Shown piece after piece: positions 9,101-17,620 of a stretch of DNA of 64,000 nt; the first letter of the stretch is position 1, and the number at the start of each line of letters is the position of its first letter. Source of the DNA: Nitrosopumilus sp. (GTDB lineage: Archaea > Thermoproteota > Nitrososphaeria > Nitrososphaerales > Nitrosopumilaceae); NCBI GenBank assembly GCA_965207075.1, contig CBDBLO010000002.1:192001-256000 (forward strand). Direction: 5' to 3'. The notes beneath the pieces are model-generated. The model had not been told where the DNA came from and searched no databases. It saw nothing but the letters and a program-made list of their open reading frames with translations. Position numbers and translations under genes: made by a program.

Positions 9101-9570
9101 GTTGGTTCCACTCACACACCATGATTTCCACTCCAGCATATAACATACAGTATACGGCCCGGTGTGTAGTGTGTGGTGTAGTAGTGTAGTGTGATGTAGT
9201 ATGTAAGCTCCTTTTTGAAAAATTTTAGAAGGTGTGGAGTGGAAATGAAGGTGTGTGGGTCTGCCGGCTGGTAGTGGGACTGGTAGGGGAACAGCGGCGG
9301 TTCCTGCCTGCCCATTCACAACTGTTAGCGTGCTGTTAAGGTACTGCCAAAAGAGGTCGGAATCGACCCCTTCATTTCCACTCCAAGCGTCAAGATCCAC
9401 CTTAACACTGTCAACATACTGGAATCGACCCCTTCATTTCCACTCCAGTCATGGAATCGACCCACCCCGGACCACACCCCGGCTCCAGAGTGTTAGGATC
9501 CGCCCCTCTGGCTAGGCACGGGCTAGGCGTGCCAGCTTAACACACACGTTACTTAACACACACTGCATGC
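9101..9570. other. Chromosomal replication origin (oriC) with ORB elements
   Basis: ORB-like TGGAGTGGAAAT(GAAGGGG) copies at 9124-9136 (-), 9235-9255 (+), 9359-9385 (-) and 9421-9447 (-), directly upstream of cdc6. Confidence 0.9.
9359..9447 (-). repeat. Two identical 27-bp ORB repeats
   Basis: GGAATCGACCCCTTCATTTCCACTCCA at 9359-9385 and 9421-9447; a partial third copy GGAATCGACCC at 9453-9463. Confidence 0.92.
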
Positions 9571-9607
9571 GCATGCTAATATACTGATATTGTGAGCAAT
9601 GCTTTGC

Positions 9608-10009
9608 ATGGTCAAGAAACGCATCAGGATAGACGTTGAGGACGCCGACGGCGCCAAGTATGACATCAAGCTGGAGGGCAACATCACCCTTGAGAAGATC
9701 CGGATGGTCTTTGAGGCCATGAACATGGCGGACATAGAGGCAGGGAGCGGCAGCCAGAACCACCCAGAACCACCCAACATGGACTCTACCGGAGCCAAGA
9801 TCTGGCACGCCGTAGACAAGTACTTCTCACTGGGCAAGTTCACGTCGACTGACGTGCTTGAAAAGTACGAGGACGAGTTCAACGAGCCGATCAAACTGAG
9901 CGTGATATCGACGTACCTCTCAAGGTTCTCTGCAAGGGGCAGGCTTGACAGGGTCCGGACAGGCAGGGAATGGACCTATCAGACCAACAAGATCGCCCAG
10001 CAGCACTGA
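9608..10009 (+). CDS. Hypothetical protein with C-terminal winged-helix domain
   Basis: FTSTDVLEKY...LSVISTYLSRFSARGRLDRVRTGREWTY resembles a wHTH recognition helix plus wing. Confidence 0.75.
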   Translation: MVKKRIRIDVEDADGAKYDIKLEGNITLEKIRMVFEAMNMADIEAGSGSQNHPEPPNMDSTGAKIWHAVDKYFSLGKFTSTDVLEKYEDEFNEPIKLSVISTYLSRFSARGRLDRVRTGREWTYQTNKIAQQH

Positions 10010-10165
10010 CTACGATATGACTGCCTTACGTACAATCAACTCGTTGTTCTGATACGTTATCTTGACGTATTCCCCCTTTTGCATGTCCATGTATCTTCTA
10101 AACTGCCTTGGTATGGATATCGCCCCCGCCGAGGTGATCTTTACCAGCGCCTCGTTCTCCCGCAT
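10010..10165 (-). CDS. AbrB/MazE/SpoVT-family DNA-binding protein (51 aa)
   Basis: Not in ORF track. MRENEALVKITSAGAISIPRQFRRYMDMQKGEYVKITYQNNELIVRKAVIS fits the swapped-hairpin AbrB pattern. Confidence 0.88.
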   Translation of the reverse strand: MRENEALVKITSAGAISIPRQFRRYMDMQKGEYVKITYQNNELIVRKAVIS

Positions 10166-10412
10166 GGGTGTTTCACTGCATATTATAATATATAATTTTC
10201 TTAATTTACACTAAATATTCTATAATAGAAGAAATAATGAATTTCCATATTCATTGTAAATATAATATCTGAAGCAATCCTGCCGCGCAACCGGCTGCGC
10301 CCGGACAAGACGCGCCCAGCGGTTCCAGGACCCGATGCATCCAGCCCTCCCCACGGCAGTCCTTGGGGCTTGGTGCAGAACGGAGCCCCTTAGCGCAGGT
10401 GGCATGAAAAGA

Positions 10413-11078
10413 TCAGTCACCGGCCCCACCCTGTCGAAGTCTTTCCAGGCCCTTCTGGGTCACGCTGTAACTGTACGGCCTGGTGTCCTCGTCACGCTGG
10501 AGATATCCATCCTCATACATCTTTTTCAAGAGTCGTGATGTATGCTCCCTGCTCTTCCCCATCGTGACTTGTATATCACGTGATGTTATGATATCATTCG
10601 TGATTAAATGCAATACATAGTCAACGGGGTTGGGATAGGCACGGAACTCCGTCTTGGGCACGGTTTCTCCGTCGCCGCCCGCGAGATCCTCCCCCCGCCC
10701 TTCTGCATGCAGCTCTTCTGCCGCCACGCCCTCTTCCTCCGCCGCCACCGCGGCGGCGGCCGCCGGCTCCCTGGACACCAATTCGCTCAGGGCTGCCGCC
10801 AGCTTGGACACGGCCTCGTCCCCACTGCCGTCTCCCGCCCTGGCAGCCTCCCCACGTCCCATCTCCACCGCATCTAGGCGTATCTTTAGGTCTATGAGCT
10901 GCCTTTCATAGTATTCGAGGCGCTCCGAGCCGGTGATCTCGCCACTCTTGCTCCCGAGACCGGACTCTCTGGCCATGGTGCGCAGCCAAAAGTATGCAAA
11001 GAGGGCCAGCAGCCCCGCCAAAAATGCAACCGCAATGCTAATTGCCACCCACGGATCAAAAACCTCCTCCGCCATCAC
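10413..11078 (-). CDS. Membrane-anchored winged-helix DNA-binding protein
   Basis: N-terminal TM helix, coiled coil (YERQLIDLKIRLDAVE), acidic linker, C-terminal wHTH (TSRDIQVTMGKSREHTSRLLKKMYEDGYLQRD..RPYSYSVTQKG). Confidence 0.82.
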   Translation of the reverse strand: MMAEEVFDPWVAISIAVAFLAGLLALFAYFWLRTMARESGLGSKSGEITGSERLEYYERQLIDLKIRLDAVEMGRGEAARAGDGSGDEAVSKLAAALSELVSREPAAAAAVAAEEEGVAAEELHAEGRGEDLAGGDGETVPKTEFRAYPNPVDYVLHLITNDIITSRDIQVTMGKSREHTSRLLKKMYEDGYLQRDEDTRPYSYSVTQKGLERLRQGGAGD

Positions 11079-11199
11079 GGTATATCATATGTACTGTGAT
11101 ATATCATATTCGGTCAGTATTTTTTCACACCACATGTTAAAAAAATCACCCATCTGCAACAGCTTGGACTGCCAAGACCAGGCCATTCGTCACTGTACA

Positions 11200-11562
11200 T
11201 CACATACTGCATGCCTGCCGTATGTACTTTTCAATCACATCAATCATCTGTTCAGCACTTTCAGGCTGTATATCACCACTGTTTATCACGTCAACCCTCT
11301 CTGCAAGGTCCATCATCACGTCCACATCGTCAGGCAGGAGTATCCCCAACCCCCTTAGAACGACCACCGTATAGAAGAGAGCGACCAGCTTGTCCCTCGA
11401 TTGGCCTACCTGCCTGTAGTATGCCCCCCGGCTTATGGGAAACCTAGCCTCCAAGAGTTCCCGCTGGTTTAAAATAATTTCAATTTGTCTCTCTGTAAAC
11501 AGTGATTTTTCAATCATTTTCTGTATAACTTTGTTGAAAATCGGTCTTTTGGATTCACTCAT
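11200..11562 (-). CDS. Conserved hypothetical protein, HTH-like
   Basis: LFTERQIEII...ISRGAYYRQVGQSRDKL resembles a sigma-4/LuxR-like HTH. Start ATG 11562. Confidence 0.7.
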   Translation of the reverse strand: MSESKRPIFNKVIQKMIEKSLFTERQIEIILNQRELLEARFPISRGAYYRQVGQSRDKLVALFYTVVVLRGLGILLPDDVDVMMDLAERVDVINSGDIQPESAEQMIDVIEKYIRQACSM

Positions 11563-11625
11563 AGCTATACAAACTTGTATACGGCGTAAATTAAACTTTA
11601 AAGTAAAGGGGCTGCCACGCAATGC

Positions 11626-12447
11626 GTGGCCGCAGACACGGAAGAGAAGATAGGCAAGGGCCAGGTAGAGGGCTATCTGCAGTCGGAGCTGAGGAACAGG
11701 GGAACGCTGCTCTTTGTCTTGATAGACTCCGAGGTGTCGGACACCGACGAGTCGGCACGCCTGGTCCGTGCGGCCGAGTCGGCAGGCGCCTCTGCGATAC
11801 TGGTGGGCGGCTCCTCCGCGACGGATCAGATGGAGCTGTCCGTCGTGACCGGCGAGATTAAGAAGAGCACGCAGCGGATACCGGTCATCCTGTTTCCCGG
11901 AAACGTGACGGGAGTCGTGCCCAGCGCCGACGCCATACTGTTCAGCTCGCTCTTAAACTCGGAGAATCCGTACTTTGTGACGCAGGCCCAGGCACTGGGG
12001 GCCCCCTCGGTGGCAAAGTTCGGGCTCGAACCCCTGCCCACCGCATACCTGGTTATAGGGGAGGGAACCACGGCCTGGTTTGTTGGGGGCGCGCGGGGCA
12101 TACCACACGACAAGCCCAAGATAGCGGCGGCCTACTCGCTGGCCGCACAGTTTCTGGGCATGCGGTTTGTATACCTGGAGGCGGGCTCCGGCGCAAAGAC
12201 CAGCGTGTCGCCTGAGATGGTCAGGACGGTGCGCAAGGCCTTTGGCGGCTTTCTGATTGTCGGCGGCGGCATCAGGGATGCCGGAACGGCGGCCGCGCTG
12301 GCGGATGCGGGGGCAGACGCCCTCGTGGTGGGAACCCTGGTCGAGGGTGGCGACTCGGCGGAGGGCGAGCGGAGGCTTGGGGAGATTACCGGCGCGATTG
12401 GCGGCAGCCGCAGCGGCAGCCGCAGCGACGGAACGGGTGGCCCGTGA
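11626..12447 (+). CDS. Geranylgeranylglyceryl phosphate synthase
   Basis: LIDS, LVGGS, ILFPG, YLEAGSGA, VGGGIR motifs. Confidence 0.93.
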   Translation: MAADTEEKIGKGQVEGYLQSELRNRGTLLFVLIDSEVSDTDESARLVRAAESAGASAILVGGSSATDQMELSVVTGEIKKSTQRIPVILFPGNVTGVVPSADAILFSSLLNSENPYFVTQAQALGAPSVAKFGLEPLPTAYLVIGEGTTAWFVGGARGIPHDKPKIAAAYSLAAQFLGMRFVYLEAGSGAKTSVSPEMVRTVRKAFGGFLIVGGGIRDAGTAAALADAGADALVVGTLVEGGDSAEGERRLGEITGAIGGSRSGSRSDGTGGP

Positions 12448-15400
12448 TTGGCCGCAGATCCTCCTGAGACCCCCGCAATGATGACCCTGGACGACGTCGG
12501 CTACAGGCTGCAGGGCATAGAGATGCCAGAGGCATACCGGGACTACTATACGCGGCTCTCAAAGGAGACTGCGAGGGTCCTCGAGTGGGCCTCGGCCGCC
12601 AAGAAGGGCAGCAGGGCGGACTCCGACGACGTGATAGGGCCCAAGATCGCCTTTGATCTGGCGGATCGCGTCTCAAAGATGCACGAGATTGAGATCGCCG
12701 AGCCGCTGCGGGAGCTGCTTGCAGGCAACGGCAAGGAACTCTCCGCGCTCTTGCTCTCAAGGGATATAGCGCTGGGCAAGTATCACAGGGAGGGCGCCCC
12801 CCTCGAGGAGAGGATCGACCTGGCAGTCCGGGTGGGGCTTGCCGTGGTTACGGAGGGGGTCACCATGGCCCCGCTTGAGGGCATCAGCGCCGTATCCATA
12901 AAGAAGAACCGCGACGGCACGAGCTACCTCTCAGTCTCCATAGCGGGGCCCATGCGCGCAGCGGGCGGCACCGAGTCGGCCGTTACCATGCTTATCGCGG
13001 ACCACGTGCGCAAGGCAGTCGGGCTTGACAGGTACCAGGCCGAGTCGTACGACGACGAGCCGGGCAGGTTCGTAGAGGAGCTCAGGGTCTATGAGAGGGA
13101 CGGGCTGGGATTTCAGTACCACGTCCACGACGAGGACATAGAGCACACGATACGGAACCTGCCAGTCGAGCTGGACGGGGTGGACACGGACGATTTTGAG
13201 GTGGTAAACCACCGTAACATGACTAGGATCAAGACCGAGAAGGTCCGCGGAGGGGCCCTGCGCGTGCTCAACGACGGCCTGATCGGCAGGTCCAAGAAGC
13301 TTCTCAAACGCATAGAGCTCTACAAGCTTGACGGATGGGAATGGCTGGCCGAACTCAAGGGAGCCGTGCAGCCGGGGGACGGGAGCGCGGGCGGCAGCGA
13401 CAGCGACAACGCCTATGACGACAAGGAGGACGCCGGCGCAAAGAGGATGCGGGAGGTGCTCACCGGGCGCTCCGTGCTCTCCATGCCGGGCAGGCCCGGC
13501 GGATTCAGGCTGCGGTACGGGCGGGCGTGCAACACGGGCTTTGCGGCAGTCGGGTTTCACCCGGTGATTGCGGAGATTCTGGATCATACCATAGCAGTCG
13601 GCACCCAGGTCAAGACGGACATGCCGGGCAAGGGGGCGTCGGTCGCATTCGTAGACTCGATAGAGACGCCCACGGTCCGGCTCGCGGACGGCAGCGTGGT
13701 CAAGATTAGGGACACGGAGCACGGGATCATGGTAAAGGGGCAGATCGCCGAGATTCTGCACCTCGGCGACGTCTTGATCTCGTTTGGCGACTTTATAGAG
13801 AACAACGCCAAGCTGGAGCCGTCCGGCTACGTGGGGGAGATCTGGACCGAGGAGCTGAGGAGGCTGCTGCAGCGGGAGCAGGAACGGGGGCAGACGCCTG
13901 ACGGGCCCGTCTCCGGGAAGATACGACATCTTGAGGAGTTTCTGCTCAGGGACCCCACGGTTGACGAGGCCATCTCGCTGTCACTCGAGTTTGGGCTGGC
14001 CCTGCATCCCAGATACCTGCACTTCTGGGACGAGCTCCGGCCCGCGGAGCTCGGGGCGCTCTTGGAACCCGACGCGGCATCCGAGTCCGAGATTGCCTAC
14101 GGCAACGCCTACAGCGACGGTATTGTGAAGAAGGCGCTTGAAAAGGCGGGCGTGCCGCACGAGTTTGTTGCCGCCGACGGCGACGGACATGCCGGGCAAG
14201 GGGGCGGCGGCCCCGGTGCCGCCGCCGTTCGCCATGGAAAAGACGGCCCCGGCGACAACGGCAGCGACGCCTTGCCCGCAGCCAAAAACGGAGACTTTGA
14301 GTTCGTCCCGGCTCCAAGATCCCCGCCCGCACTCGGCACCGTACTGTTGAGGGGCGCCGAGGCCAAGATCCTCTACAACCTCCTGCTCAAGAGGCCGCCC
14401 CGGATTGATGCCCCCGGCGCCACCGTCCTTGACATACTCTCAGGTTCGGGCATTGCCGTCAGGAAAAAGTCGTCGGCGTGCATAGGCATACGTATAGGCA
14501 GGCCCGAAAAGGCCGCCGCCCGGGCGATGTCCCCCCCGACCCACCTGCTGTTCCCGGTGGGCGAGGGGGGCGGTTCCACCAGGGACGTCATAAAGGCGTC
14601 CAGGGCCTCCGACCGCTTCTACGCCGACCTGTGCAACAGGCGCTGCCCCGACTGCGGCGCCGTCACGCTGGGCTTGGCGTGCCCCGACTGCGGCACAAGG
14701 TCGGTGGAGACCAGGCGCTGCGCGCGATGCGGCGCGTCGACTGACCTGGAGGAGTGCGACCGGTGCGGGCGCAGGACCGTCCTGTATGCAAACCTGGAGT
14801 TTCCCCTGCGGGCCCAGCTGCTCAAGGCCCAGGAGCGCATGGAACTGCGGGCGCAGGAGCCGCTCAAGGGGGTCAAGGGGCTTGCAGGGACGGACAAGCT
14901 GGCCGAGCCCATCGAGAAGGGGCTGCTGCGCCAGGGGTTCGGGCTGACCGTCTTCAAGGACGGGACGGTGCGCTTTGACGCGACGAACTCCCCGCTTACC
15001 CACTTCAAGCCCTCCTGGATAGGCACCCCCGTCCAGAAGCTGCGCGAACTCGGCTACACGCGCGACATGGACGGCAGGCCGCTCACCGACCCGGACCAGC
15101 TGGTAGAGATGCGCATGCAGGACGTAATCATACCGTACGAGAGCGGCCGCTACCTCTTGGCCGCGGCCAAGTACGTCGACGCGCTGCTCTCAAAGTTTCA
15201 CGGCGCAGAGCCGTACTACAAAGCCAGGGCCGTGGAGGACATGGCGGGGCATCTGGTCATAGGGCTCGCGCCGCACACGTCAGTCGGCATAGTGGGCAGA
15301 ATCATCGGGTTTGCCGAGACGCACGTGTGCTTTGCAACCCCCAACTGGCACTCTGCCAAGCGGCGGGACGCCGACGGCGACGCGGACTCCATCATGCTGC

Positions 15401-16119
15401 TGATGGACTGCCTGCTGAACTTCTCAAAGGCGTTCCTGTCGGGGAGGATAGGCGGACTGATGGACGCGCCGCTCCTGGTCCAGCCCCTCGTACTGCCCCA
15501 CGAGTCGCAGCCGCAGGCGCACAACCTGGAGGTCGCACGGTCCTTCCCGCTCGAGTTCTTCGAGTCGGCCGCACGCAGGGAAAAGGCCGGCAGCGTCGAC
15601 TCCGTCGAGATCATAAAGTCGAGGCTGGACACGGAGAGGCAGTTTTACGACTATCTATTCACCCACGAGACGTCCACCCTGACCACGTCAAGGTCGCGCA
15701 GCGCGTACTCCGTGCTGGGCTCCATGCTCAACAAGCTTGACCTGCAGCTGAAGAACGCGGAGATGATCAGGGCAGTCAGCCCGGACGAGACTGCCCTGAA
15801 CGTCATAACGACCCACCTGCTGCCGGACATGGCCGGCAACCTGAGGGCGTACGCAAGGCAGGAGTTCCGCTGCACCGAATGCGGCACGCGGTTCAGGCGC
15901 ATCCCGCTGACGCGCAAGTGCGCCCAGTGCGGGGTAAGGCTGACGCCCAACATAACGAGGCCGGGCGTGGAAAAGTACCTGATGCTTGCAAAGAGCCTGG
16001 CCAAAAGGTACGACATCGGGAGCTACAACCGCGGAAGGATAGCCCTGCTTGCCGACGAGATCTCGATGGTCTTCGGCAAGAGCAAGGGGGATCAGCTCAT
16101 GCTCAGCGACTACATGTGA
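12448..16119 (+). CDS. polC: DNA polymerase D large subunit DP2
   Basis: TEGV, AGGTESA, GGFRLRYGR, GRPEKA, FKDGTVRFD, KRRDADGDAD catalytic motif, zinc fingers. Confidence 0.96.
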   Translation: MAADPPETPAMMTLDDVGYRLQGIEMPEAYRDYYTRLSKETARVLEWASAAKKGSRADSDDVIGPKIAFDLADRVSKMHEIEIAEPLRELLAGNGKELSALLLSRDIALGKYHREGAPLEERIDLAVRVGLAVVTEGVTMAPLEGISAVSIKKNRDGTSYLSVSIAGPMRAAGGTESAVTMLIADHVRKAVGLDRYQAESYDDEPGRFVEELRVYERDGLGFQYHVHDEDIEHTIRNLPVELDGVDTDDFEVVNHRNMTRIKTEKVRGGALRVLNDGLIGRSKKLLKRIELYKLDGWEWLAELKGAVQPGDGSAGGSDSDNAYDDKEDAGAKRMREVLTGRSVLSMPGRPGGFRLRYGRACNTGFAAVGFHPVIAEILDHTIAVGTQVKTDMPGKGASVAFVDSIETPTVRLADGSVVKIRDTEHGIMVKGQIAEILHLGDVLISFGDFIENNAKLEPSGYVGEIWTEELRRLLQREQERGQTPDGPVSGKIRHLEEFLLRDPTVDEAISLSLEFGLALHPRYLHFWDELRPAELGALLEPDAASESEIAYGNAYSDGIVKKALEKAGVPHEFVAADGDGHAGQGGGGPGAAAVRHGKDGPGDNGSDALPAAKNGDFEFVPAPRSPPALGTVLLRGAEAKILYNLLLKRPPRIDAPGATVLDILSGSGIAVRKKSSACIGIRIGRPEKAAARAMSPPTHLLFPVGEGGGSTRDVIKASRASDRFYADLCNRRCPDCGAVTLGLACPDCGTRSVETRRCARCGASTDLEECDRCGRRTVLYANLEFPLRAQLLKAQERMELRAQEPLKGVKGLAGTDKLAEPIEKGLLRQGFGLTVFKDGTVRFDATNSPLTHFKPSWIGTPVQKLRELGYTRDMDGRPLTDPDQLVEMRMQDVIIPYESGRYLLAAAKYVDALLSKFHGAEPYYKARAVEDMAGHLVIGLAPHTSVGIVGRIIGFAETHVCFATPNWHSAKRRDADGDADSIMLLMDCLLNFSKAFLSGRIGGLMDAPLLVQPLVLPHESQPQAHNLEVARSFPLEFFESAARREKAGSVDSVEIIKSRLDTERQFYDYLFTHETSTLTTSRSRSAYSVLGSMLNKLDLQLKNAEMIRAVSPDETALNVITTHLLPDMAGNLRAYARQEFRCTECGTRFRRIPLTRKCAQCGVRLTPNITRPGVEKYLMLAKSLAKRYDIGSYNRGRIALLADEISMVFGKSKGDQLMLSDYM

Positions 16120-16164
16120 GATGCAAACACGCGGCAGCCTGCAAGCTGCCCGTGCGGACGGCAG

Positions 16165-17508
16165 TCACCTGAGCCTGACGTACTCGTAGGCCCCGCGCCG
16201 CGCCCCGTCAGGAAAGCAGAACCTTACGGTCTGGTAGCCCTTTCTGAGCGCCCTTGCCTTTCTGAGTATGCTCTTGGGATCCTTCCCGTTGATTACCACC
16301 TGCCGTATCAGGGACGCGATCTCGGCCATCTCGGCCTCCTTCATGCCGAGCCTCGTCACCTCTGAGACGCCCAGCCTTATGCCCCCCGGACGGAAGTAGT
16401 TGCGCTTTGCCTTGATGTCTCCGGGTATGAGCTGCCTGTTCACTATGATGTTGGCCCTCTCCAGGTCGGCCTCGACCCGCCCGCCGTCCGAGTACTTTAG
16501 GACGTCGAGCGCGATCTGGTGCGACTTGGTAAAGCCCCTCGACTCGCCCAGCACCCTGAACCCCTCGGCGCTCAGGGCCTCTGCCAGGACCTTTGCGTTC
16601 CTTATCACCTGGGCGGCGTATTTTTTGCCGAACTCCAGGGCCTCGGCAAACGCCACGGCCTTGCCTGCCATGTTGTTGATGTGGTGGCTGCTTGTCAGGC
16701 CCGGGAACACCGCCTTTTTTATCGCCTCCTCGTGCTCCGCGGCGCCCAGCACGAGGCCGCCCTGGGGGCCGAACAGGGTCTTGTGCGTGCTCATCGTCAT
16801 GGTGTCCGCCCCCTCCCTGAGGGGGTCCTGGAACTTGGAGCCGGCGATGAGCCCGGCCACGTGGGCCGCGTCGTAGTTTATGTGCATGCCGTACCCCTTT
16901 AGAAAGTCCGCCAGCTCCTTTACGGGGTGTGGAAACAGAAAGAGCGAGCCGCCAAACATTGCTATCTTGGGCCTGCTGCCCTTCGCGGCCCTCTTTGAGG
17001 CGAGCTTCCTGACGCGCCTCTTGGTCTCGTCCACGTCTATCGTCATCTCCTGCGCGTCAAACGGGTAGAACTCTATCTCAAGCCCGTGCACCAGTCCCGC
17101 CGTGCCGGAGTGGTCCCTCTTGCCGTGCGAGATGTGTCCGCCGGCCGGTATCGAGGGCGCAAGCATGGTGTCCCCGGGATCCGAGAATGCAGAGTACACG
17201 GCCAGGTTCGCGACCACGCCCGATATGGGGCGCACGTCTGCAAACTTGGCCCTGAACAGCCTCTTTGCAAGGCCCATGCACTGCACCTCGACCTCGTCTA
17301 TCTTGGTGCATCCGGCATAGACCCGCTCGCCGGGCCAGCCCTCCGCATAGCGGTTTCCAAAGTCGGTTGCGATCGCCTCCCGGACAGCCGGACTCGGGAT
17401 GTTCTCGCTTGCTATGAGTGGAATCGACTCGGCAAACCACTTGTGGTGCTCCTTCAGCCTTGCAAATATCATGTTGTATGAGTCCCGGTTTCTGGACTTG
17501 CCCGCCAT
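16165..17508 (-). CDS. glyA: Serine hydroxymethyltransferase
   Basis: LIASEN, RYAEGWPGERVYAGC, STHKTLFGPQGG. Confidence 0.96.
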   Translation of the reverse strand: MAGKSRNRDSYNMIFARLKEHHKWFAESIPLIASENIPSPAVREAIATDFGNRYAEGWPGERVYAGCTKIDEVEVQCMGLAKRLFRAKFADVRPISGVVANLAVYSAFSDPGDTMLAPSIPAGGHISHGKRDHSGTAGLVHGLEIEFYPFDAQEMTIDVDETKRRVRKLASKRAAKGSRPKIAMFGGSLFLFPHPVKELADFLKGYGMHINYDAAHVAGLIAGSKFQDPLREGADTMTMSTHKTLFGPQGGLVLGAAEHEEAIKKAVFPGLTSSHHINNMAGKAVAFAEALEFGKKYAAQVIRNAKVLAEALSAEGFRVLGESRGFTKSHQIALDVLKYSDGGRVEADLERANIIVNRQLIPGDIKAKRNYFRPGGIRLGVSEVTRLGMKEAEMAEIASLIRQVVINGKDPKSILRKARALRKGYQTVRFCFPDGARRGAYEYVRLR

Positions 17509-17620
17509 GCGGCAACGCGCACGCGTCCCAATTTAAAAACAGCGCTGGCCGTATTTGGGGGGGGGGAGGGGAACCGGGGCGCCGTGACGCCGCCCCTTCG
17601 GTACGGCACGAACGGCGCCA

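Noticed and set aside
9101-9400. 100-aa N-terminal extension of Cdc6 in the ORF track
   Set aside because: It is translated origin DNA; the recognisable protein starts at 9100.
9359-9463. 27-bp repeats with a 35-bp gap resembling a mini-CRISPR
   Set aside because: They match ORB elements, occur in both orientations upstream of cdc6, and no cas genes are present.
9754-9776. 10-bp tandem CCAGAACCAC in the wHTH gene
   Set aside because: The frame stays open and it lies in a linker; no sign of a frameshift.
12448-16119. Possible intein in DP2
   Set aside because: No splicing termini or homing endonuclease motifs; the insertion is short and low complexity.
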